Notes under the pieces: generated by a model
Told to the model about the DNA's origin: nothing
Seen by the model: only the letters and a program-made list of their open reading frames with translations
The model's database searches: none
Part shown: positions 1 through 7,853 of the stretch, one piece after another
How positions within the stretch are numbered: position 1 is the stretch's first letter
Layout of the letters: every line of letters starts with the position of its first letter
Translations under genes and position numbers: made by a program
DNA from: Candidatus Xenobia bacterium
Lineage (GTDB): Bacteria; Vulcanimicrobiota; Xenobia; Xenobiales; QWHO01
Direction: 5' to 3'
Assembly: GCA_045863235.1 (NCBI GenBank)
Contig: BTUM01000078.1
Location: 1-37,902 of the forward strand
Length of the DNA stretch: 37,902 nt

Positions 1-356
1 TGGGCGAGGTGCAGGGTAGCGTCGTTCAGATGCAGAGCAGCCTGGGCGAGGTGCAATCAGGCATGAGTCGGCTGCAGAGTGGCATCAGCGGACTGGGAAC
101 AAGAATCGCACGCGTCGAGGGTGGCCTGGGTCGGCTGGAGCAGTCCCTGGGTGAGGTGCGTGCCGGACTCGGTGAGCTGGCTGAGAGCCTCGAGCTCGCG
201 AGCCAGTTCTTGATCGACTATGCTACGGAGTCCAACCAGGTCGAGCAGATGAGGCGAAGTCAAGATGACGCTTTGAGCAACCTGCTCGAGCTTTACGGTC
301 AGCTTCTCGAGGAGCTCGATCAACGACTCAGCGCTCTGGAGAAGAAGAGCGCCTGA
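1..356 (+). CDS. Coiled-coil heptad-repeat protein, 5'-truncated by the window edge
   Basis: The frame is open from position 3 (GGC GAG GTG...) to TGA at 354-356. Repeated LGEVQ(S/G)-like heptads; C-terminus LDQRLSALEKKSA. Confidence 0.7.
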   Translation, partial: GEVQGSVVQMQSSLGEVQSGMSRLQSGISGLGTRIARVEGGLGRLEQSLGEVRAGLGELAESLELASQFLIDYATESNQVEQMRRSQDDALSNLLELYGQLLEELDQRLSALEKKSA

Positions 357-360
357 GCCT

Positions 361-506
361 GAGGGGCCGGCTTCTCGTAGGAGCGCAGCCGGAAAACCGT
401 GTTACGGGGGGTTCCGGCTGCGCGACGCCAAGAAATTGTCTTGTGGTGGCGGAGCTATGCTTCGAACACCACAACCGGTTTTCATCAGCCGGCTAGCCGG
501 CCCCTC
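361..506. repeat. 146-bp structured intergenic element with 12-bp terminal inverted repeat (MITE/REP-like or ncRNA)
   Basis: GAGGGGCCGGCT (361-372) pairs with AGCCGGCCCCTC (495-506). Internal stems 383-394/412-423 and 441-448/467-474. Confidence 0.45.
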
Positions 507-511
507 TCGCT

Positions 512-1204
512 TCAGCCGAAGCTCAGGGTCAAAGGGCCGTTGATGGTGGGGTCGAGCGAGTCACGACGGCTGGCGGTGCAGATGTCGATGCGCGAGTATC
601 CCCGATTGGTGAAGGCCCCACCTGTATCCACCACGCGGAACTCGATGGGTCGGCCGTATTTCTTCTCGAGCTCGGCAATGCGCAGCTTGGTGCCATAAGG
701 GATTCGCAGATTCTTGTCCATGGCGACCGAGACGTATGGCGCGCGACCGGCCAGGTAGTCCTGCAAGGTGTAGAGGCGATTGCCTCGCCGGTCTACGTAG
801 CCACCCTCCATGCGACTGTTGTGGGGATAGTAGCCGCTGCCGCGGGACTGATGCGTGCCCCGGGGGGAACCAGGTGGATTGCTGAAGTTGGGTGGGGCCT
901 GGGCCTGGGAGGCTCCTCCGATGCCGCTTGCTCCGCTGGCTCCAGCCGGACCGCCACCCGCACTGCTGATCCCCGGCGGAGAACCGGTCGGAGCACCCAG
1001 CGCCCGCCCGGTCATCAGGGGCATCATCAGGGTCACGAGCTGCAAGAGCATGTTCTGGAAGGCCATCTGCTGACCCGTCATCATGGGAGCCATCGGCCCG
1101 TAGGCCCGGCTCATTGCCCCCATCGGAGCCATGGGGGCATAGCCGCTGCAGCCCGGACAACCGCCCACCCCTTGAATGCCTTGAAGAGCAGAAAGAAAGT
1201 CCAT
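512..1204 (-). CDS. 3D-domain (DPBB, MltA/RlpA-like) putative peptidoglycan-lytic protein with low-complexity N-terminus
   Basis: C-terminal VSVAMD..IPYGT.L.I..FRVVDTGGAF..RIDI carries the three conserved Asp of the 3D domain. N-terminus is M/P/G/A-rich with no Sec signal. Confidence 0.75.
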   Translation of the reverse strand: MDFLSALQGIQGVGGCPGCSGYAPMAPMGAMSRAYGPMAPMMTGQQMAFQNMLLQLVTLMMPLMTGRALGAPTGSPPGISSAGGGPAGASGASGIGGASQAQAPPNFSNPPGSPRGTHQSRGSGYYPHNSRMEGGYVDRRGNRLYTLQDYLAGRAPYVSVAMDKNLRIPYGTKLRIAELEKKYGRPIEFRVVDTGGAFTNRGYSRIDICTASRRDSLDPTINGPLTLSFG

Positions 1205-1248
1205 GCACCGATTATGGCCATCCCGGCCCGTCCGAGAGCAGCCGGCCA

Positions 1249-1266
1249 GGTAACAACACTGTTACC
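1249..1266. promoter_or_regulatory. Perfect 7-4-7 palindrome, candidate operator
   Basis: GGTAACA-ACAC-TGTTACC in a divergent intergenic region. Confidence 0.45.
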
Positions 1267-1520
1267 CTTGTGAAAACGATGTAACCAACTCCGACGCTGG
1301 TGCCACGCAACAACTTGTTGCCGGCGATGCGGCGAAGTTGAACCATCGCACAGTCTGCTGCTGCGCGCACTGATGTCAGGAGATCAGTCCGCGCAACTGG
1401 AGAGTCCGCTTGAACGTTACGCGCCCGGGCGCTTCGCAGCCCTATCTTCGGGGGCGGCTGCAAAACCTTCAGCGGAACGATAACAGAGCAGGAGTCTGGT
1501 CACCCGGAGCCTAACTTACG

Positions 1521-2666
1521 TTGAATTTTCTACCTTCTGCCGCCTTTGGCGGCAGCGAACGGGTGATCGTCTTGGAACTGAGCAAATTTTTCGGGTCATT
1601 GCACCCTCTGATGGTCCACTTTCCCATCGCGCTCCTCTTTACCGCCTTTGGCTTCGAGCTCTTCGCCTTCGCGCGCAAGGATGACCGGGCCGCCTGGACC
1701 GGGCAGACTCTGCTGGTGCTGGGCACCGTTGGCATCATGTTCACCTTCATCTCGGGCAACTTTGCCGAGATCTGGGCCGCCCGGGCCCACACCCCTCAGG
1801 CCCCCATCCTGCTCCACGGAAACTTCGCCCAGTTCACCTCCTGGGCGTTCATCGCCCTGGTGGCCCTGCGCTCGTTCGTGCCCCTGGCCAACCGCTCGTG
1901 GTTCGTGCTCTACCTGGTGTGCTCGGTGATCGCTCTGGGGATGCTGTCAGCCACCGGCTACTACGGCGGAGAGCTGGTTTACAAGTACGGCGCCGGAGTG
2001 CAGGCTCCACCGCCCATCGCCGCCACTGACGTCGATCTGGCCAACCTGTCCCTGCAGCTCAACGACGATGAGATCGCCTACTCGGAGATGATGCACCACA
2101 TCTTCGGCTGGCTGGTGCTGGGAATGGCCTTCTGGCTGGCCTACCAGAGCCTGAGCCTGCCCTTCGTGAACGTGGTGCGGGCCCTGGGCCCGGTGCTGTT
2201 GATGGTGGGCGGGGTGTTTCTGCTGATCTTCTCTGACCACGACTCCTGGCCGCTCTCCAACCTCAAGCCGATCACCGATCCCGAGGTGCTGGCCCACAAG
2301 ATCATCGCCACCCTGATGATCCTGATCGGCATCGGCACCAGCCTCGTGCGCAAGAAGCCCGGCGACGTCAGCCGCCTGCAGAGCCACCTGATGGCCATCT
2401 TCGCCCTGGCCGGAGGGGGCATGCTGTTCACCCACGTGCACACCGGCGCGCCCTATTCCGACTCGGCCGTGGGAGTCTACCTGCACCATTTCTTCCTGGG
2501 CACGCTGGCTCTCTCGTGCGGGCTGGTCAAAATGCTCGACCTGTCTTTGGCCAGGAGCAACAAGGTCACCCAGATCGCCTGGATCATCCTGCTCTTCTTG
2601 ATCTCCATGGCCCTGCTCAACTACACCGAGTCCTTACCGTGGTACCTCGGAGGCTCGGGCCGCTGA
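1521..2666 (+). CDS. DUF2231-like multi-pass membrane protein with His-rich C-terminal TM domain
   Basis: N-terminal LHPLMVHFPIAL...GYYGGELVY.YG.G is DUF2231-like. Second TM block has YSEMMHH, HKIIA, HVH and HH motifs. Start codon uncertain (TTG 1521 or later). Confidence 0.75.
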   Translation: MNFLPSAAFGGSERVIVLELSKFFGSLHPLMVHFPIALLFTAFGFELFAFARKDDRAAWTGQTLLVLGTVGIMFTFISGNFAEIWAARAHTPQAPILLHGNFAQFTSWAFIALVALRSFVPLANRSWFVLYLVCSVIALGMLSATGYYGGELVYKYGAGVQAPPPIAATDVDLANLSLQLNDDEIAYSEMMHHIFGWLVLGMAFWLAYQSLSLPFVNVVRALGPVLLMVGGVFLLIFSDHDSWPLSNLKPITDPEVLAHKIIATLMILIGIGTSLVRKKPGDVSRLQSHLMAIFALAGGGMLFTHVHTGAPYSDSAVGVYLHHFFLGTLALSCGLVKMLDLSLARSNKVTQIAWIILLFLISMALLNYTESLPWYLGGSGR

Positions 2667-3274
2667 TCTGGCTGGCCCACGGCGCCGACCCGGCTCCCCT
2701 GACCTGGGACGAGTTCCTGGCCTCGCTGGTCTTTTCAGTCGGTACGGTGGCCCTGTTGGTGGGCCTGGGCTACCGGGGGCTGCGCACCTTCCTGCGCGAC
2801 CCCGGGCCGGTGGGACGCAAGCAGGCGCTCGGCTGGCTGGCGGCCGGGGGGCTGCTGGTCTTCTCGGTGCTGTGGGCCTTTGTCACCTCGGCCCTGAGCC
2901 AGCTCGAGCAGCCCACCGAGCCGGAGTCGTTTCACAAGCACTACGTCAACCACGGCGGCCAGGTCGGCATGTGGCAGAATTATCACGTCGAGGTAGCCCG
3001 TAACCTGGCGGGAGAGTTCCGCGTTTGGGTCAGCGACTCGTACCGCCGGCCCATTTCGGCTCAGTTCTTTGAGGGAACTCTGAACGGAGCCCCCCTGGAG
3101 AAGTCGCTGGATCTGAGCTACGCCTTCGCGCGCCAGCCCCGCGACGTACGTACGGCCAGCGTGCTGCTGCGCCTGCCCGGCCAGGAGATGACGTTCCGCT
3201 TCGAGTTTGACGAAAAGGCGGGACGGACCAGCTTGAAGGAGTTCTGCGCCCCGGTCAGCTCCGAATCTCCCTGA
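2639..3274 (+). CDS. Membrane-anchored protein with HGG..YHVE putative metal-binding domain
   Basis: Two TM segments, then FHKHYVNHGGQVGMWQNYHVEV. Overlaps the upstream gene; start GTG 2639 is tentative. Confidence 0.6.
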   Translation: MVPRRLGPLIWLAHGADPAPLTWDEFLASLVFSVGTVALLVGLGYRGLRTFLRDPGPVGRKQALGWLAAGGLLVFSVLWAFVTSALSQLEQPTEPESFHKHYVNHGGQVGMWQNYHVEVARNLAGEFRVWVSDSYRRPISAQFFEGTLNGAPLEKSLDLSYAFARQPRDVRTASVLLRLPGQEMTFRFEFDEKAGRTSLKEFCAPVSSESP

Positions 3275-3977
3275 TCACATCCGAAGCCCTGACCGCCGAC
3301 CCGATCTTCAGGCCGGCTCGCCTGAAGTCGGCCAGGCTGGCTGCCAGCTCGGTCTCGGTGGGACGCAGGGGGGCCAGCGCACGGGCCAGCTTGGGCACCA
3401 GCACTCGCCTGAGGGAGCGCCGAGTGCCGGTGAAAGCCAGGTAGAGCGTTCCCACCACACCCAGCCCGAAACTGCCCAGGAGAACGATGCTGCCCGAAGT
3501 CACCTTGAGCCCGAATTCGAGCAGGGCCGCCAGAAGGAAGGGAACCAGCAGCGTGAGCAGGCAGCCGGCTCCCAGGCGCGGATCGAGGGAGGGGCTGGCC
3601 AGGCAGGCGTCCACCTCGGGCGCCATCATCTGCAGTGTCTCGGCGATCATTTCGGCTCGCACCCGGGGGGCCACCAGGGCCGTGCCAGCCTGAAGCTGAT
3701 CCTCCAGGGCCAGCCGGTCCCGGTAGACCTCGTAGAAGTTGGGAAAGGTCATGCGCATCAACTCGCCGAGATCGGCCACAGGTCGGGGCAGCACGCAGGC
3801 GTAGCTCTCCGAGTCAGCAGCCTGGCTCAAGCGACAGCTCTGGCAATGGATGCTGTGGCCCGGCCCTGGACCTTTGAGGGCCCGGGGGCGGTAGAGTCGA
3901 AACGAGCGCATGCAGCGGCAGAAAGGGCAAAAGTCGGCCACATAGCCGAGCATTCGATCGGGTCGGCGCAACAGCAC
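3255..3977 (-). CDS. Hypothetical membrane protein with N-terminal zinc ribbon
   Basis: CPFC and CQSC pairs; two C-terminal TM helices. Start uncertain. Confidence 0.6.
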   Translation of the reverse strand: MLLRRPDRMLGYVADFCPFCRCMRSFRLYRPRALKGPGPGHSIHCQSCRLSQAADSESYACVLPRPVADLGELMRMTFPNFYEVYRDRLALEDQLQAGTALVAPRVRAEMIAETLQMMAPEVDACLASPSLDPRLGAGCLLTLLVPFLLAALLEFGLKVTSGSIVLLGSFGLGVVGTLYLAFTGTRRSLRRVLVPKLARALAPLRPTETELAASLADFRRAGLKIGSAVRASDVIREIRS

Positions 3978-3981
3978 TATG

Positions 3982-4019
3982 AAAAAACGCCGCTCTCGCG
4001 CTGAGAAGCGAGAGCGGCG
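3982..4019 (-). terminator. Rho-independent terminator of the dehydrogenase gene
   Basis: 12-bp stem CGCCGCTCTCGC (3988-3999)/GCGAGAGCGGCG (4008-4019), followed by U6 on the minus strand. Confidence 0.85.
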
Positions 4020-4041
4020 CTAATCGACCGGCTGGAGAGCC

Positions 4042-5136
4042 TCAGGCTTTGACCCCGGCCTTCATCTGCTCGATGATGGCGTCGGCCACCTGGGCGGTGC
4101 CCACGGCAGTCTTGTCGTTGCGGTCGGCCTTCATGTCGTAGGTGACCTTGTCGTTCTTGCGGATGATCTCGGCGATGGCGTGCTCGAGTCGGTCGGCCGC
4201 CTCGCCCTCGTTCAGATGGCGCAGCATCAGGACACCCGACAGCATCATGGCCATGGGGTTGACTTTGTTCTGGCCGGCGTACTTGGGCGCGCTGCCATGC
4301 ACGGGCTCAAAGCAAGCGTACTCGTCGCCCAGGTTGGCCGAGGGCGCCACGCCCAGGCCACCCACCAGGCCTGCGCACAGATCGGACAGGATGTCGCCGA
4401 ACAGGTTGGGCAGCACCAGGACGTCATAATCCTCGGGCTTCTGCACCAGCTGCATGCACATGTTGTCTACGATGCGGTCATTGAACTGGATATCGGGATA
4501 CTGCTCGGCAACCTTGCGGGCCGTCTCCAGGAAGAGGCCGTCGGTGTGCTTGCAGATGTTGGCTTTGTGTACCGCGGTCACCAGCTTGCGCTTGTGGGCC
4601 CGGGCATACTCGAAGGCGCGCTTGCAGATGCGCTCGGAGTTATAGATGGTGATGACCTTCAAGGTCACAGCCGAGTCCTCGCGCAGGTTCCAGCCGGCGA
4701 TGTCCTTGACGGCCTGACGGAACTTGTCCATCTCGGGGGTATGGACCTGAAGCTCGAGGCCCGAGTAGAGATCCTCCATGTTCTCGCGAAAACAGATAAT
4801 GTCTACGTCTTTGTAGAGAGTGCGCACGCCCGGGTAGTACTTGGCAGGGCGGAAGTTACAGTTCAAGTCGAGCTCGCGACGCAGGGCTACGTTGACCGAG
4901 CGGAAGCCCTTGCCGATAGGGGTGCCCATCGGGCCCTTGAGGGCGACCTTGTTGCGTCGCACCGAATCGAGCACATGGGCGGGCAACGGCGTGCCATGCT
5001 CTTCCAGGGCGCGCTCGCCGGCAATCTGTTCCTCCCAGTCGATCTTCACGCCGGTGGCGTCCAGAACGCGCACCGTGGCCTCGGTGATCTCCGGCCCGGT
5101 GCCATCGCCGGGAATCAAGGTTACCTTATGACCCAC
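4042..5136 (-). CDS. icd: Isocitrate/isopropylmalate dehydrogenase family protein, probably isocitrate dehydrogenase
   Basis: TLIPGDGTGPEI, FRSVNVALR, RENMEDLY, VHKANI, PNLFGDILSDL, FEPVHGSAP motifs. Confidence 0.9.
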   Translation of the reverse strand: MGHKVTLIPGDGTGPEITEATVRVLDATGVKIDWEEQIAGERALEEHGTPLPAHVLDSVRRNKVALKGPMGTPIGKGFRSVNVALRRELDLNCNFRPAKYYPGVRTLYKDVDIICFRENMEDLYSGLELQVHTPEMDKFRQAVKDIAGWNLREDSAVTLKVITIYNSERICKRAFEYARAHKRKLVTAVHKANICKHTDGLFLETARKVAEQYPDIQFNDRIVDNMCMQLVQKPEDYDVLVLPNLFGDILSDLCAGLVGGLGVAPSANLGDEYACFEPVHGSAPKYAGQNKVNPMAMMLSGVLMLRHLNEGEAADRLEHAIAEIIRKNDKVTYDMKADRNDKTAVGTAQVADAIIEQMKAGVKA

Positions 5137-5204
5137 TGTGTTGTACCTCTTCTCTCTCGGTGTAAGGAAGCTCGGGTTTTCTTCGCTCGGTGCCGCGATC
5201 CTCT

Positions 5205-6272
5205 TCAGTGCACGACCTGAATGGCCACGCTCTTCATTCCGTGGCGGCTCAGCTCGCCCAGAGTCTTCACCGAGCAGAGCAAGGTCAGCGTATCCTGGGC
5301 CTGGAGGGTCACGCTGGCCGCCGGGTGAGGCTGGGCCTTCTCCCCCCGCCGATGGACCACGACCGTGACCTTGACGTCGGCCTCGAACTCCTCCAGGGTC
5401 TTGCCCACATAGCGCGAGCCGGGCTCCACCTCGAGCTCCACCACGTTCAGCAGCTCCTCGCCCACGTAAAATGAGTGCATGACCCGCTTGTCCACGGCCG
5501 CCAGGGCCACCGCCGGGGCGGCCAGGTGGGAGGTGCTGAAGGCCAGGTGGATGCCAAAGGCCGATTGCACCTTCTGAGCCAGCGCCGGATCGAACATGCG
5601 CACCACGATGCGAATGTTGGGGTTGCGCGAGCGGGCGTTGATGGCCGTCTCCAGGTTGGCCAGGTCGTCGTCGGTGGCGATGATGATGGCCTTGGCCTTG
5701 GTCACGTTCAAAGACTCCATCAACAGCTCATCGCGGGCGTCTCCCACCAGCACAGGCACGTCCATGCGCTTGATGTACTCGATGAATTTGCTCTCATGGG
5801 CTACGCACACGAAGTCCTCCCCCAGTTGGTGGAGCTCTTGAGCGATGCGGTAGCCCACGTGGCCGAGTCCGCAGAGGATGATGTGGTTGGAATAGGTGGA
5901 AGCCAAGACGACCTGCCATTTCTCCCCGCGCATGGACTTGTTGAACAAGAGCACGCCGAAGCGGAGCAGCCCCTCGGCCAGAAATCCCAGCCCGACGAGC
6001 GGAACGGCAAAGAACATGAAGCGCAGCCCTGGCTCGTTGGCAGGCGGAAAATCCAGCTCGGGCTGGAAGAAGATCAGCGTGAACATCGCATAACAGCCTT
6101 GCCAGAAATCCACCGGCGGGCTATGAAAGCGGTGCAGGGCCCAGCCCCCGATCGCGATCAGCAGGTTGAACCCGAGGATGGACCAACCAAACTGCTTGAG
6201 CAGGATGCGCAGGTCGCGGGCCTGGGCCGACACCTGACGACGGAAGCGGCGCCAACTGCTGTGCGGTTTCAC
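5205..6272 (-). CDS. TrkA-family/RCK potassium channel-like protein
   Basis: Two TM helices with a pore-like segment; RCK_N (IILCGLGHVG, GDA, TDDDLAN); RCK_C at the C-terminus. Confidence 0.85.
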   Translation of the reverse strand: MKPHSSWRRFRRQVSAQARDLRILLKQFGWSILGFNLLIAIGGWALHRFHSPPVDFWQGCYAMFTLIFFQPELDFPPANEPGLRFMFFAVPLVGLGFLAEGLLRFGVLLFNKSMRGEKWQVVLASTYSNHIILCGLGHVGYRIAQELHQLGEDFVCVAHESKFIEYIKRMDVPVLVGDARDELLMESLNVTKAKAIIIATDDDLANLETAINARSRNPNIRIVVRMFDPALAQKVQSAFGIHLAFSTSHLAAPAVALAAVDKRVMHSFYVGEELLNVVELEVEPGSRYVGKTLEEFEADVKVTVVVHRRGEKAQPHPAASVTLQAQDTLTLLCSVKTLGELSRHGMKSVAIQVVH

Positions 6273-6296
6273 GGGCCGGCCTTCTGTCCGGCGGGA

Positions 6297-7124
6297 CTAC
6301 TTTCCTGGAGCCACCACTCGGATCTCGCTCACCCGCCCGCCGATGACCTGAAAGCCGATCCCCTTCTGGGTATAGAAATAGAAGTCGGTGCTCTTCTGAT
6401 AGCCTGGCCCGAAGGCCTTCTCCACTTCCTCGAGGCTGGAGCCAACTTGCACGCCCTGCTTGGTGATGTAGTCACCCGAGGTCACGATCACCGCCCGGAT
6501 CTTGCCCTCGGAGGCCAGCACCCCCACGCCCTGCTCGGTATAGTTCCAGATCTCGCCCGGAATGCCCGAGAGCGGGGTCGTCCGGGGGGGAGGCCCCCAG
6601 GTCTGGCGTACTGGCGCGCACGGGGCGCCCAGCTTCAGATCGCCCACTCTCTGGCCGGGCACGATCTGCCGGTCTCCCAGGAACGGACGCTGCTCTTCCG
6701 GCTTGAAGACAAACACGTGGACCACCTTGTCTTGCTGGTAGCTGAAGGCCAGCCCCCTCTGGGCGTAGTTCACGTTCCCCGTGCCCCGGGCCAGGCCCTT
6801 GCCGTAGGCTTGCTCGACTTGAGCCCGGCTGGAGCCCACCCCCAGGCCCTCGGGGGTGCGGTACTGAGAGCTGGTCACGTTCACGCCGATCACCTTGCCT
6901 GAGCTGCCCACGAAGACCACCACCCCGAACTTCGGATACTTGTAGAACTTCGAATCGGGGTCATTGGGGCTGGACTCGACCTGGTCGGTCTTGCCCAGGG
7001 CCGCCTCGATGTCGGCCAGAGTGACGCCCAGCTTGACCTTGCCCACCCCCACGCCGGGCTGGATCGGCGGCGCCGAGAGGGCGACCATGGTCAGCATCAC
7101 GATGAGGAAGAGGGAGAGTCTCAA
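6297..7124 (-). CDS. Secreted protein with two tandem repeated domains
   Basis: TTG start overlaps the upstream TGA. Signal peptide; repeat units I(Q/V)PG..VG..KLG and T..G..VGSS...VE.A(Y/F)G each occur twice. Confidence 0.75.
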   Translation of the reverse strand: MRLSLFLIVMLTMVALSAPPIQPGVGVGKVKLGVTLADIEAALGKTDQVESSPNDPDSKFYKYPKFGVVVFVGSSGKVIGVNVTSSQYRTPEGLGVGSSRAQVEQAYGKGLARGTGNVNYAQRGLAFSYQQDKVVHVFVFKPEEQRPFLGDRQIVPGQRVGDLKLGAPCAPVRQTWGPPPRTTPLSGIPGEIWNYTEQGVGVLASEGKIRAVIVTSGDYITKQGVQVGSSLEEVEKAFGPGYQKSTDFYFYTQKGIGFQVIGGRVSEIRVVAPGK

Positions 7125-7618
7125 GCGGTGGTCGGTCCGGCCCCCCACGGCGCAGCGCCGAACTCTTCTCGAAGCCGGTCGGCGTACTGCGAGGCATAAA
7201 TGCAGACCCGACCCAGAAGGTCGATGGCCTGCTCGGACTCGAGGTCTTGAATGGGTCGCACCGACACGACGTAAACGTCCTCCCCCACCGTGGCCAGCGA
7301 GGCGCTGACCATCTCGGAGTTGAGGTCGAGCAGGCGGCGGCAGAACTCGAGCTGACGCTGGCGAGGAATCTGGAGGATCGGCGCCGAGACGCGAATGTAG
7401 GCGTTCCCCTCGGCCTCGAACACGCTCAGCACGACCAGCTGGTTGGCCTTGATGGGGAGCACCCAGGAGAAGGAACCCTCGCCCCTGGAGAGGACGTGGC
7501 GGGTGGGATCGACCCCGTGGGAGCGCAGCAGATTCTCGACCAGCAAGGTGGACCGCTCGAGCGGAGTCCCTGGCCGGATCAGGCGAACGACCGTGTTGCT
7601 GGACTCGTGCTCGATCAC
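7121..7618 (-). CDS. YbjN/CesT-like (type III chaperone-fold) protein
   Basis: GGAGG RBS before GTG 7618. IRVSAPIL..P....EFCRRLLDLN...ASLA..G..V pattern is typical of the CesT/YbjN fold. Confidence 0.7.
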   Translation of the reverse strand: MIEHESSNTVVRLIRPGTPLERSTLLVENLLRSHGVDPTRHVLSRGEGSFSWVLPIKANQLVVLSVFEAEGNAYIRVSAPILQIPRQRQLEFCRRLLDLNSEMVSASLATVGEDVYVVSVRPIQDLESEQAIDLLGRVCIYASQYADRLREEFGAAPWGAGPTTA

Positions 7619-7810
7619 GCTGGGTCCTCCCTCCGGCTCCGTAAGAGCATGATTCGGCGCCGGCTCCCCCCTCTCCCGCCGCCTGGCAGGCTGATGCAAA
7701 ACCGGTTGTGCAGGGCATCAGCCTGCCAGACAATCTGTCGAGGACTTTTGCATCACTGTGCTAGTGCAAAACGCCCATCCCCCTGCGCGGCTTGACGTGA
7801 TATGATATTC

Positions 7811-7824
7811 TTACAAAGTTGTAA
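7811..7824. promoter_or_regulatory. Palindromic candidate operator upstream of the acyl-CoA dehydrogenase
   Basis: TTACAA-AG-TTGTAA, in an AT-rich stretch following TTGACG (7792-7797). Confidence 0.45.
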
Positions 7825-7853
7825 AATTTCCGACAATCCTTTTGAGGTGTGAT

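Noticed and set aside
1400..1480. c-di-AMP (ydaO) riboswitch on the minus strand upstream of the 3D gene
   Set aside because: Only scattered words match (CGCTGAA, TAGGGC..GCCC, TAAC..AAGCG). The core GGGGGACC and GTCAGC elements are missing.
6297..7733. 478-aa extended start for the secreted repeat protein
   Set aside because: It overlaps the CesT/YbjN-like gene. The signal peptide begins at TTG 7124.
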